Below are positions 1 through 7,374 of a stretch of 14,340 bases of DNA, in pieces. This stretch comes from a virus (taxonomy: Duplodnaviria; Heunggongvirae; Uroviricota; Caudoviricetes). How positions within the stretch are numbered: position 1 is the stretch's first letter; the number at the start of each line of letters is the position of its first letter. The stretch lies in IMG/VR virus record IMGVR_UViG_2579778884_000008, one strand, 5' to 3'. The notes beneath the pieces are model-generated. The model did not search any database. It was not told the DNA's origin and was given only the letters and a program-made list of their open reading frames with translations. Both the position numbers and the translations under genes were made by a program.

Positions 1-1143
1 CTATGCTGTTTTGATATCTACGATAATCCAGTCTTTACCACGATCATCATTGTATCGGTCGGTCATTTTTCTGGATTTATGGCCTAACAACTTTTGCGTA
101 TCCAGACCCTGTTCCCGATATAACCGTTCTGACAGAGATCGCTGCTCATGAAATGTGGGCGCAGTTCCTTGCTCCCATTTTATGCCACATTTTTCCCGGG
201 CCTTTTTAAAAGCCGTTGTCAGAGTATTTGCAGAAACCTGGTCTCCTCTGTTTGCTTGAGAGGTAGTGTGACGGTAATGGACCAGATATTTACTAACAAC
301 AGCATCCCTGCACTGAGATATAACTTCACGAAGGGTAATATTCAGAGCATCGCATTTCAGGTTAAGCGGAATAGCAAGTTTTGAACCGGTTTTTTCCTGA
401 GTAATGTGCAACATGTCGTCCCATATATCAGAGAATTTCAAATTGCAGATATCGCCTAAACGTTGTCCAGTAACAAGAGCAAGTAGCATGCCGCATTTTA
501 AATAGGGCTGCCGTCTGCTTACGCTGTCAAATATTGCCTGCCATTCGGGCAGTGACAATCTTTGGCGGTTTACTCGATTTCGCGGTTGTTTTGTTGCCTG
601 CGCTGGGTTAAATCCTGGCGGAACATGTCCTGCGTGTTGTGCTTCTTTGAAGACGTCGATCAACACCATTCTCACGACTTGCGCCATCCTGTTATGACCT
701 TCAGCCTTTACAGCATCAATTATTTCGGCAATATCAAGTGCGGTAATATCCTTGAGGTGTTGCATTCCACAATGCTCACGGAAAAGACGAATGGGTTTGC
801 CTTTTTGCCGATAGGAGTTGGGTCTTAGTTCATTATGTTGCAGCCTGTCCTCTTGGATAGAAATATATTTATCAAGCCATTCTGTCACCGTAATGTCTGA
901 GCGCCTGCCTTTCATTCTTTCCAGACGCTCATTGACGCTTAATATTTGTCTGGTACGTTGTTCAGCAATAATGGTATTTGCTTCAGTAGCAACTTGTTTT
1001 GCTTCATTCTCATCAGTTCCTAAGCTATGAAAACGACCGGATAGTGGATGTTTGTATTGCCAATATACCTTTCCGGTTCGCTTATCTAATTTGCAATATA
1101 AATTGGGTATAGAGATTTTGTGAGATCGGGGTCTAGCAGCCAT
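1..1143 (-). CDS. int: Tyrosine site-specific integrase, lambda Int family (380 aa, complete; stop codon at window positions 1-3)
   Basis: Seen: ATG at 1143-1141, TAG at 3-1. From memory of lambda Int: C-terminal catalytic region APTFHEQRSLSERLY...LLGHKSRKMTDRYNDDRGKDW parallels lambda Int PPTFHELRSLSARLY...LLGHKSDTMASQYRDDRGREW. attL would lie outside the window. Confidence 0.93.
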   Translation of the reverse strand: MAARPRSHKISIPNLYCKLDKRTGKVYWQYKHPLSGRFHSLGTDENEAKQVATEANTIIAEQRTRQILSVNERLERMKGRRSDITVTEWLDKYISIQEDRLQHNELRPNSYRQKGKPIRLFREHCGMQHLKDITALDIAEIIDAVKAEGHNRMAQVVRMVLIDVFKEAQHAGHVPPGFNPAQATKQPRNRVNRQRLSLPEWQAIFDSVSRRQPYLKCGMLLALVTGQRLGDICNLKFSDIWDDMLHITQEKTGSKLAIPLNLKCDALNITLREVISQCRDAVVSKYLVHYRHTTSQANRGDQVSANTLTTAFKKAREKCGIKWEQGTAPTFHEQRSLSERLYREQGLDTQKLLGHKSRKMTDRYNDDRGKDWIIVDIKTA

Positions 1144-1369
1144 CAGCGATTATCCTTTGGAGTTTTGGGTTTGCGTTTATTGGGAGTTGCGGTTCTGCAA
1201 GCGTTCCTACAAAACGGGAATTTCGGTCAATCATCCAGTAGCGACCAACTTTTATAGCGGGTGGGGCCATCATTTTCCCTTGCGCGTATTTTTTCAGAAC
1301 TCGCTCACTTGGTGCTAAGTCCCCAAATTCTTCTTTAGCCCAGTCCTGTAAAGTGATTAGTCGAGACAT
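1133..1369 (-). CDS. xis: Excisionase, lambda Xis family (78 aa)
   Basis: Seen: strong SD GAGGAGG 4 nt upstream of ATG at 1369; 11-nt overlap with int start, as in lambda. N-terminus LITLQDWAKEE...PPAIKVGRYW resembles lambda Xis YLTLQEWNARQ...PPPVKDGREY (recalled). Confidence 0.8.
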   Translation of the reverse strand: MSRLITLQDWAKEEFGDLAPSERVLKKYAQGKMMAPPAIKVGRYWMIDRNSRFVGTLAEPQLPINANPKLQRIIADGC

Positions 1370-1508
1370 TTGTCCTCCTCTTAGCTGCTGAGGGAGTTTG
1401 TGACCGATATATCTGACATGATATTAAGCTCATGGCAGGTACATCTCTTGACTGGTCATAGAGATAAATTTAATGCTGAGAAATGCAGTATTGAATTTAT
1501 CAATTTTT

Positions 1509-1748
1509 CTATTTCCTGCGCATGTCACGTAACTTCTTAATGTGTTCTGCCGTTTCGATCTCTTCTGCTATCCGATCTGCATCAGCTTTATTCACAGGTT
1601 CAAAGTCATGATTAAAGCGGAACATGCTGGCGATACATGTTCTGCCTTTTCGGATGTAGTGAACTTTGTTGTGGGTAGAACGCAGGATTTTGCAGGGAGT
1701 GCCGTGGTGGTCGACGTACCAGGTGTTAGGGTCAATCACTCTGAACAT
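1509..1748 (-). CDS. Small conserved phage protein (79 aa), possibly DUF4222-like; function unknown
   Basis: ORF with ATG at 1748; 17-nt overlap with the upstream ASCH-like gene end, in an operon of overlapping genes. Family assignment is from memory of the motif pattern, not verified. Confidence 0.55.
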   Translation of the reverse strand: MFRVIDPNTWYVDHHGTPCKILRSTHNKVHYIRKGRTCIASMFRFNHDFEPVNKADADRIAEEIETAEHIKKLRDMRRK

Positions 1749-2058
1749 TCTTGACCTTGTGTTGTGCGGATTGATATTCAGTGCTGATATTCACCTTTAT
1801 AGCGAACACCTTTACCGGTTTATCGCCAAAGTGCGGATGTGTGATTGTCTTCACTTCATATCCGTCATACGGAACATCAATTCTGCGACTGGAATCGTCG
1901 CGCTTCGGATATCCCTTTGTGATAATCAGGCGGTCATATTCCCGGAACATAATTCGCTTATTCCAGTAGTCATTACACAAGCGATACTCTTCCGTTTTCT
2001 CTCCGCGAATCATGGCATCGAAGTATTCACTTTTAACAGCAAGTTGCAGGTTAGCCAT
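1732..2058 (-). CDS. ASCH-domain-like protein (108 aa from ATG at 2058)
   Basis: Motif GEKTEEYR near the N-terminus matches the ASCH G-x-K-x-x-E-x-R signature (recalled). The first codon of the track ORF at 2061 is GTG; the ATG at 2058-2056 shares one base with the TraR stop TGA (TGATG), suggesting translational coupling. Confidence 0.55.
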   Translation of the reverse strand: MANLQLAVKSEYFDAMIRGEKTEEYRLCNDYWNKRIMFREYDRLIITKGYPKRDDSSRRIDVPYDGYEVKTITHPHFGDKPVKVFAIKVNISTEYQSAQHKVKNVQSD

Positions 2059-2279
2059 CACTTAATCCCCCTTTGTTTGCGGATAAGCTCCAGATCTTGC
2101 TGGCAACTGGCGCAAGTCCGACAACCCTGAACGGCCAGGCGTCTTCGTTCATCTATCGGATCGCCACACTCACAACAATGAGTGGCAGATACAGCCAGGT
2201 AGTTCAGGCGGCGCATTTTTATTGCTGTGTTGCGCTGTAATTCTTCTATTTCTGATGCTGAATCAATGATGTCTGCCAT
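2058..2279 (-). CDS. TraR/DksA-family C4 zinc-finger protein (73 aa), lambda Orf73-like
   Basis: Seen: CxxC...CxxC motif (CCECGDPIDERRRLAVQGCRTCASC), 73 aa. Established knowledge: lambdoid phages carry TraR homologs that bind the RNAP secondary channel. Confidence 0.85.
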   Translation of the reverse strand: MADIIDSASEIEELQRNTAIKMRRLNYLAVSATHCCECGDPIDERRRLAVQGCRTCASCQQDLELIRKQRGIK

Positions 2280-2335
2280 CTTTCATTAATCCCTGAACTG
2301 TTGGTTAATACGCTTGAGGGTGAATGCGAACAATA

Positions 2336-2358
2336 AAAAAGGAGCCTGTAGCTCCCTG
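2336..2358 (-). terminator. Candidate intrinsic terminator inside the early-left operon
   Basis: Seen on minus strand: GGAGC-TACAG-GCTCC hairpin followed by TTTTTTATTG, between the 2378 ORF stop and the TraR start. Short stem, so possibly weak or conditional. Confidence 0.35.
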
Positions 2359-2377
2359 ATAATTTTGCTTTTCATGT

Positions 2378-2659
2378 TCATCGTTCCTTAAAGACGCCGT
2401 TTAACATGCCGATTGCCAGGCTTAAATGAGTCGGTGTGAATCCCTTCAGCGTTACCGTTTCGCGGTGCTTCTTCAGTACGCTACGGCAAATGTCATTGAC
2501 GTTTTTATCCGGAAACTGCTGTCTGACTTTTTTGATTTCAGAATTAGCCTGACGGGCAATGCTGCGAAGGGCATTTTCTTGCTGAGGTGTCACTGAACAA
2601 GCCCCATGTCGGCAAGCATAAGCACACAGAATATGAAGCCCGCTGCCAGAAAAATGCAT
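2378..2659 (-). CDS. Hypothetical protein (93 aa as tracked; true start uncertain, possibly GTG at 2593 giving 71 aa)
   Basis: The C-terminal two-thirds (ENALRSIARQANSEIKKVRQQFPDKNVNDICRSVLKKHRETV...) look protein-like; the N-terminal 22 aa (MHFSGSGLHILCAYACRHGACS) are Cys/His-rich and overlap an alternative 27-aa ORF in another frame (see findings). Confidence 0.45.
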   Translation of the reverse strand: MHFSGSGLHILCAYACRHGACSVTPQQENALRSIARQANSEIKKVRQQFPDKNVNDICRSVLKKHRETVTLKGFTPTHLSLAIGMLNGVFKER

Positions 2660-2669
2660 TCAGTGGTTG

Positions 2670-2861
2670 TCATACCTGGTCTCTCTCATCTGCTTCTGCT
2701 TTCGCCACCATCATTTCCAGCTTTTGTGAAAGGGATGTGGCTAACGTATGAAATTCTTCGTCTGTTTCTGCTGGTATTGGCACAAACCTGACTCCAATTT
2801 GAGCAAGGCTATGTGCCAAATCAATACTCGTTCTTAACTCAACAGGAGATGCTTTGTGCAT
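2670..2861 (-). CDS. Small early-left protein (63 aa), lambda orf63-like by size and position
   Basis: 192-nt ORF; 28-nt out-of-frame overlap with the upstream gene, which matches my recollection of the lambda orf60a/orf63 arrangement. Homology not verified. Confidence 0.6.
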   Translation of the reverse strand: MHKASPVELRTSIDLAHSLAQIGVRFVPIPAETDEEFHTLATSLSQKLEMMVAKAEADERDQV

Positions 2862-3016
2862 ACCGCCCCCCGTTTATTATTTATCTCCTCAGCCAGCCGC
2901 TGGGCTTTCAGCGGATTTCGGATAACAGAAAGACCGTGAAATACCCAGCCTCGCTTTGTAACGGAGTAGACGAAAGTGATCGCGCCTACCCGGATATTAT
3001 CGTGAGGATGGGTCAT
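2834..3016 (-). CDS. Small early-left protein (60 aa from ATG at 3016), lambda orf60a-like by size and position
   Basis: ATG at 3016-3014 overlaps the exo stop (3015-3013) as ATGA. The track ORF begins two codons earlier at 3022. Confidence 0.55.
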   Translation of the reverse strand: MTHPHDNIRVGAITFVYSVTKRGWVFHGLSVIRNPLKAQRLAEEINNKRGAVCTKHLLLS

Positions 3017-3693
3017 CGCCATTGCTCTCCAAATACAAAACCAATTTCAGCCAGTGCTTCGTCCATTTTTTCGATGAACTCCGGCACCATCTCGTCAAAA
3101 CTCGCCATGTACTTTTCATCCCGCTCAACCACGACATAATGCAGGCCTTCACGCTTCATTCGTGGGTCATAGTTGGCAAAGTACCAGGCATCTTTTCGTG
3201 TCACCCACATGCTGTACTGCACCTGGGCCATGTAAGCCGACTTTATGGCCTCGAAACCACCGAGCCGGAACTTCATGAAATCCCGGGAGGTAAACGGGCA
3301 TTTCAGCTCAAGGCCATTGCCGTCACTGCATAAACCATCGGGAGAGCAGGCGGTGCGCATACTTTCGTCGCGATAGATGATCGGGGATTCAGTAACATTC
3401 ACGCCGGAAGTGAATTCAAACAGGGTTCTGGCGTCGTTCTCGTACTGTTTTCCCCACGCCAGCGCCTTAGCATTAACTTCCGGAGCCACACCGGTGCAAA
3501 CCTCAGCCAGCAGGGTGTGGAAGTAGGACATTTTCATGTCAGGCCACTTCTTTCCTGAGCGGGGCTTTGCTATCACGTTGTGAACTTCTGAAGCGGTGAT
3601 GACGCCGAGCCGTAATTTGTGCCATGCATCATCCCCCTGTTCGACAGCTCTCACGTCGATCCCGGTACGCTGCAGGATAATGTCCGGTGTCAT
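3013..3693 (-). CDS. exo: Lambda exonuclease (Red-alpha), 226 aa
   Basis: Translation [40 protein letters not shown]... matches lambda Exo from memory almost residue for residue; start overlaps the bet stop (ATGA). Confidence 0.97.
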   Translation of the reverse strand: MTPDIILQRTGIDVRAVEQGDDAWHKLRLGVITASEVHNVIAKPRSGKKWPDMKMSYFHTLLAEVCTGVAPEVNAKALAWGKQYENDARTLFEFTSGVNVTESPIIYRDESMRTACSPDGLCSDGNGLELKCPFTSRDFMKFRLGGFEAIKSAYMAQVQYSMWVTRKDAWYFANYDPRMKREGLHYVVVERDEKYMASFDEMVPEFIEKMDEALAEIGFVFGEQWR

Positions 3694-4475
3694 GCTGCCA
3701 CCTTCTGCTCAGTGGCTTTCTGTTTCAGGAATCCAAGAGCTTTCACTGCTTCGGCCTGTGTCAGTTCTGACGATGCGCGAATGTCGCGGCGAAATATCTG
3801 GGAACAGAGCGGCAATAAGTCGTCATCCCATGTTTTGTCCAGGGCAATCAGCAGAGTGTTAATCTCCTGCATGGTTTCATCGTTAACCGGAGTGATGTCG
3901 CGTTCCGGCTGACGTTCCGCAGTGTATGCAGTATTTTCGACAATGCGCTCGGCTTCATCCTTGTCATAGATACCAGCAAATCCGAAGGCCAGACGGGCAC
4001 ACTGAATCATGGCTTTATGCCGTAACATCCGTTTGGGATGCGACTGCCACGGCCCCGTGATTTCTCTGCCTTCGCGAGTTTTGAATGGTTCGCGGCGGCA
4101 TTCATCCATCCATTCGGTAACGCAGATCGGATGATTGCGGTCTTTGCGGTAAATCCGGCACGTACATGATTCATTGTCCTGCTCAAAGTCCATGCCATCA
4201 AACTGCTGGTTTTCATTGATGATGCGGGACCAGCCATCAACGCCCACCACCGGAACGATGCCGTTCTGCTTATCAGGGAAGGCGTAAATTTCTTTCGTCC
4301 ACGGATTAAGGCCGTACTGGTTGGCGACGATCAGCAATGCGATGAACTGCGCATCGCTGGCATCACCTTTAAATGCCGTCTGACGAAGAGTGGTGATCAG
4401 TTCCTGTGGGTCGACAGAATCCATGCCGACACGTTCAGCCAGCTTCCCAGCCAGCGTTGCGAGTGCTGTACTCAT
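3690..4475 (-). CDS. bet: Lambda Bet (Red-beta) single-strand annealing protein, 261 aa
   Basis: Translation [48 protein letters not shown]... matches lambda Bet (recalled); same length as lambda Bet. Confidence 0.97.
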   Translation of the reverse strand: MSTALATLAGKLAERVGMDSVDPQELITTLRQTAFKGDASDAQFIALLIVANQYGLNPWTKEIYAFPDKQNGIVPVVGVDGWSRIINENQQFDGMDFEQDNESCTCRIYRKDRNHPICVTEWMDECRREPFKTREGREITGPWQSHPKRMLRHKAMIQCARLAFGFAGIYDKDEAERIVENTAYTAERQPERDITPVNDETMQEINTLLIALDKTWDDDLLPLCSQIFRRDIRASSELTQAEAVKALGFLKQKATEQKVAA

Positions 4476-4480
4476 CCGTT

Positions 4481-4777
4481 TTATACCTCTGAATCAATAT
4501 CAACATGGTGGTGAGCAATGGTTTCAACCATGTACCGGATGTGTTCTGCCATGCGCTCCTGAAACTCAACATCGTCATCAAACGCACGGGTAATGGCTTT
4601 TTTGCTGGCCCCGCAGCGTTGCAAATGATCGATGCAGAGTGATTCAAACAGGTGCTGTGGAAGACCTTTTTCCATGTCGTCTGCCAGTTCTGCCTCTTTC
4701 TCTTCACGGGCGATCTGCTGGTAGTGACGCGCCCAGCTTTGAGCCTCAAGACGATCCTGAATGTAATAAGCGTTCAT
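4481..4777 (-). CDS. gam: Gam (RecBCD inhibitor), 98-aa short form
   Basis: [54 protein letters not shown]... matches lambda Gam; SD AGGAG upstream. An in-frame stop at 4832-4834 upstream of the ATG rules out the long 138-aa form here. Confidence 0.95.
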   Translation of the reverse strand: MNAYYIQDRLEAQSWARHYQQIAREEKEAELADDMEKGLPQHLFESLCIDHLQRCGASKKAITRAFDDDVEFQERMAEHIRYMVETIAHHHVDIDSEV

Positions 4778-4852
4778 GGCTGAACTCCTGAAAATGGCTG
4801 TGAAAATATCGCCTGCGAAATGCCGGGCTGATTAGGTAAACAGGAAAGGGGA

Positions 4853-5143
4853 TTAGTGATTCAGGCCGTTGCCGCGTCCGTCGAGAAAAACTTCCACGAG
4901 CAAATCACGGGTATAAGTGCGCTCGATGCCGCGATGCAGATAAAGCCGTCCGCGTAAATTAGCTGATGCAGTCCAGGTACCATCTTTGTGTTTGACCAGC
5001 ATTCCTGGCATGACCGCACCGCGATTAACGGTCTGCGTTCCGTAATGTTGATGAACCATAAAAACTCCTGCCCGTAAGCTGGGCTGCTGAACATATAGAG
5101 ACTTCTGCGCGTATTCAGGCGGTGGATGGCCGCCGGTTGTCAT
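4853..5143 (-). CDS. Hypothetical protein in the Kil position upstream of gam (96 aa as tracked; alternative SD-supported start at 5059 gives 68 aa)
   Basis: ORF ends 75 nt before gam. The internal ATG at 5059-5057 is preceded by AGGAG with ~6-nt spacing; the ATG at 5143 has a weaker GAGG. No family recognised. Confidence 0.5.
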   Translation of the reverse strand: MTTGGHPPPEYAQKSLYVQQPSLRAGVFMVHQHYGTQTVNRGAVMPGMLVKHKDGTWTASANLRGRLYLHRGIERTYTRDLLVEVFLDGRGNGLNH

Positions 5144-5336
5144 AACTAAGCCGCCTCGTTGAAGCGACTAAGGTATGAAATGTTGAGTTAATTTCAGCTG
5201 GTCACACCGACGTTCACGCGTCCGTTTCACCCCTCGCACTCCCCGAAGCCTGCTGAAATTCAAACTGCGGATCTAAGCGGTCATCGCAACGGTGAATCAG
5301 GTAGTTGCCGTATCGTTGTGTTGTTGCGATGAACTT

Positions 5337-5365
5337 ATTTAAAACTATAGTTGTTTTATCGTCAA
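5337..5365 (-). promoter_or_regulatory. Candidate PL promoter within the OL operator cluster
   Basis: Seen on minus strand: TTGACG (-35), 17-nt spacer ATAAAACAACTATAGTT, TTAAAT (-10). This is nearly identical in layout to the PR module at 6393-6421. Embedded palindrome AACTATAGTT at 5343-5352; additional TGGTTGT cores at 5385-5391 and 5404-5410. Confidence 0.5.
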
Positions 5366-5502
5366 CAACAAAAGTTGTTTTATTGGTTGTTTTAGATATA
5401 ACTGGTTGTATTTAGGATGGATTTATTTTGTGACTTGAATCGCATAGCGATAACTGAAGCGAGGTTATGGTGGTTTTTTTAACGGTGTGTGTGATGAGGG
5501 GA

Positions 5503-5534
5503 GGGCAAAAGAAAACCCGGCACGGTGACCGGGA
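5503..5534 (-). terminator. Candidate intrinsic terminator downstream of the repressor gene
   Basis: Minus-strand hairpin CCCGG-TCACCGTG-CCGGG followed by TTTTCTTTTG, about 120 nt downstream of the cI stop. Confidence 0.5.
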
Positions 5535-5654
5535 TTCTTACGCCGTTAGGTAAAGATATTATTGCGGTGGCTTAATATTACTACCTAGAGCAAAGATAGG
5601 AATTAGTTCTTTACTGAATGAGCACAATGCCCAGTTGATAATTTTTAATTGGTA

Positions 5655-6344
5655 CTACCCATGCTTCCTATATGTCTGCGGCATGCTCCCAATAACCTTA
5701 CCGAAGATGAACACCCGGTTCATCTCGTCTTTCTCGATCGGGTCCCACGGTGAGTAGCTTTTGTTATCAGAGATGACCAGCAGCTTATCCTTCATCATTT
5801 GCAGGCGCTTTACATGGGCTGTGTCGTCGTACAGAAACGCATAGATACCATCACCGTCGAAAGATTTAACTGTGATATCAACGAACAGCAGATCACCTGG
5901 TTCGATCGTTCCTGACATGCTGTCACCACGCACGTTAATGATGCGGATATTTTCCGCCTTCCTACCATCGAACATGTGACGAGCATCGTCAAACGAGTAC
6001 TCAACCGAGCGTAGAACTTCTACAAACTCACGGTTGATGACTCCCGGCCCAGCACTGACTTCTATATCAAGAACGTCAATCTTGAAGTATTTGGAATGGC
6101 TGACAGTTGATTGTATTGGTTGCACTGTACTGTCTGACATATTTCCAACGCCAGAAGATAACCATTCTGCGCGCACACCCAAAGCGTTCGCGATCTCCAC
6201 GATTTTAGTTGTTTGATTAGCTTTCCCTGTTTCGATTTTCTGAATAGCAGCCTGGCTAACCCCGACCAAATCCCCAAGCGCCTTTTGTGTAAGGCCTCGC
6301 GCTAATCTGGCTTCTTTAAGTCTTTCTGAGAGTGTTGTTTTCAT
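5655..6344 (-). CDS. cI: CI-type phage repressor: N-terminal HTH (XRE family) plus C-terminal S24/LexA-like autopeptidase domain (229 aa from ATG at 6344)
   Basis: HTH segment LTQKALGDLVGVSQAAIQKIETG; S24 motifs VRGDSMSGTIEPGDLLFVD and HVKRL. Not lambda cI sequence, so a different immunity type. The track ORF starts at 6410, but the 22 extra residues would lie in the operator region; the start at 6344 is leaderless-like, as for lambda PRM. Confidence 0.85.
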   Translation of the reverse strand: MKTTLSERLKEARLARGLTQKALGDLVGVSQAAIQKIETGKANQTTKIVEIANALGVRAEWLSSGVGNMSDSTVQPIQSTVSHSKYFKIDVLDIEVSAGPGVINREFVEVLRSVEYSFDDARHMFDGRKAENIRIINVRGDSMSGTIEPGDLLFVDITVKSFDGDGIYAFLYDDTAHVKRLQMMKDKLLVISDNKSYSPWDPIEKDEMNRVFIFGKVIGSMPQTYRKHG

Positions 6345-6350
6345 AGTCCA

Positions 6351-6421
6351 AATGTACAACCAAGGTTTTATTCCATCAAACGAAAATGGTTGTTGACTAA
6401 AAACAACCATAGTTTTAATCT
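6351..6421. promoter_or_regulatory. OR region: divergent candidate PRM (minus) and PR (plus) with repressor operators
   Basis: PR: TTGACT (6393-6398), 17 nt, TAATCT (6416-6421). PRM candidate on minus strand: TTGATG (6379-6374), 17 nt, TACATT (6356-6351). Perfect 9-bp inverted repeat ATGGTTGTT-N7-AACAACCAT at 6386-6410 overlapping PR; 17-mer AAAACAACCATAGTTTT matches the OL 17-mer in reverse complement at 16 of 17 positions. Confidence 0.6.
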
Positions 6422-6448
6422 TGATTCAAATTAACCACGGAGGTTGTT

Positions 6449-6679
6449 ATGAACCCAGCTATCAAAACAGCGATCAATATCGTTGGTTCACAAAAGAAAC
6501 TGGGCGCTGCTTGCGAAGTTTCACAGCAGGCCGTCTATAAGTGGCTTCACAACAAAGCAAAGGTATCCCCTGAACATGTCGGCAGCATTGTTACGGCTAC
6601 TGGTGGAGTAGTGAAGGCATACCAGATTCGCCCGGATCTTCCGAAGTTGTTTCCACACACCGAAAAGAACGCAGCTTAA
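6449..6679 (+). CDS. cro: Cro-like HTH regulator (76 aa), YdaS/Cro family
   Basis: SD GGAGG 7 nt upstream; first gene transcribed from PR, divergent from the repressor; small HTH protein (GSQKKLGAACEVSQQAVYKW). Confidence 0.8.
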   Translation: MNPAIKTAINIVGSQKKLGAACEVSQQAVYKWLHNKAKVSPEHVGSIVTATGGVVKAYQIRPDLPKLFPHTEKNAA

Positions 6680-6691
6680 ATTTCCATTTCA

Positions 6692-6705
6692 CGCTCTTTA
6701 ACAAT
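6692..6705 (+). promoter_or_regulatory. boxA-like element (CGCTCTTTAACAAT) in the cro-cII intergenic region (nutR position)
   Basis: GCTCTTTAACAAT matches the E. coli rrn boxA consensus TGCTCTTTAACAA as I recall it; no obvious boxB hairpin follows. Confidence 0.4.
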
Positions 6706-6748
6706 AAGCAATCAACTTAACAGTCAATTCAAACTAAAGGAGTCAATT

Positions 6749-7288
6749 ATGCAACCACTTACATACCAACAGACTAGCGGATTTAGCCCGACTGCGGTGA
6801 TAAATCGTTCTCAAACAAAACAGGTGCCAGGCCACGAAAAAATCCGTGATGCCGTCCGCGCCTGGTCGGCTGTAGATAATCAGGATGTCGTTGCCACACT
6901 CATTGTGAATGAGTATCTGGAGCAGGGCGGCGGCACCATCGATTTCCCTGATGATGTCAGCCGTGCACGCCAGAAGCTGTTCCGCTTCCTCGATAACAAA
7001 TTCGATTCTGAAAAATACCGAAATAACGTGCGTGAACTGACCCCGGCAATTCTGGCGGTACTACCGCTGGAATATCGCGGTTACCTGGTTGAGCAGGATA
7101 GCTTCATGGCTAGGTTGGCTGAAATGGAAAAGGAACTCAGTGAGGCAAAACAGGCTGTCATTCTCAACGCACCACGCCACCAGAAACTGAAGGAAATTAG
7201 TGAAGGTATTGTGTCGATGTTTCGTGTGGACCCAGATCTGGCTGGTCCATTGATGGCGATGGTTACTACCATGCTGGGGGCGATATGA
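6749..7288 (+). CDS. CII-position regulatory protein (179 aa), probably CP76/YdaT-like CII analog
   Basis: SD AAGGAG upstream; located between cro and O. Larger than lambda CII; family assignment from memory, not verified. Confidence 0.6.
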   Translation: MQPLTYQQTSGFSPTAVINRSQTKQVPGHEKIRDAVRAWSAVDNQDVVATLIVNEYLEQGGGTIDFPDDVSRARQKLFRFLDNKFDSEKYRNNVRELTPAILAVLPLEYRGYLVEQDSFMARLAEMEKELSEAKQAVILNAPRHQKLKEISEGIVSMFRVDPDLAGPLMAMVTTMLGAI

Positions 7289-7374
7289 CAGGTTCAGAAA
7301 TGGCGAAAGCCGGTCTGCTGGAACAGAACCGACTTTCAGGTGCAAATCGTAACACACTCATTGCGGGAGGAATT

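Noticed and set aside
148..1030. Plus-strand ORFs 148-384, 562-828 and 818-1030 inside the integrase region
   Set aside because: They are antisense to the well-supported int gene, have unusual Cys/Leu-rich composition and no RBS.
1542..2130. Plus-strand ORFs 1542-1754, 1666-2130 and 1781-1969
   Set aside because: Antisense to the DUF4222-like, ASCH-like and TraR genes, which are tightly packed and coupled on the minus strand.
2606..4749. Alternative-frame ORFs overlapping orf63/orf60a/exo/bet/gam (2606-2791, 2813-3139, 3022-3333, 3596-3862, 3619-3912, 4007-4240, 4390-4593, 4435-4749)
   Set aside because: They overlap near-lambda-identical exo, bet and gam (or their neighbours) in other frames or on the opposite strand.
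4778..4834. Long-form Gam (138 aa) N-terminal extension
   Set aside because: An in-frame stop codon lies 18 codons upstream of the gam ATG, so only the 98-aa form can be made.
4861..5094. 77-aa minus-strand ORF overlapping the Kil-position gene in another frame
   Set aside because: Cys/Trp-rich and without RBS; the overlapping frame ending at 4853 has SD-supported starts. A cIII-like gene was looked for here and not recognised.
5810..6277. ORFs 5810-6004 (-), 6034-6216 (+) and 6062-6277 (-) within the repressor gene
   Set aside because: Alternative frames or antisense of the cI-type repressor, whose HTH and S24 motifs identify the true frame.
6345..6410. Longer repressor start at 6410 (251 aa)
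   Set aside because: The extra 22 residues (MVVFSQQPFSFDGIKPWLYIWT) would be encoded across the operator/promoter core and precede a canonical HTH N-terminus beginning at the ATG at 6344. Retained only as a low-probability alternative.
7285..7374. O gene starting at 7285 (339 aa), overlapping the cII-like stop
   Set aside because: The ATG at 7375 has a strong SD (GGGAGG) and gives an N-terminus parallel to lambda O (MANTAEIFNF versus MTNTAKILNF); the 30 upstream codons are likely intergenic.
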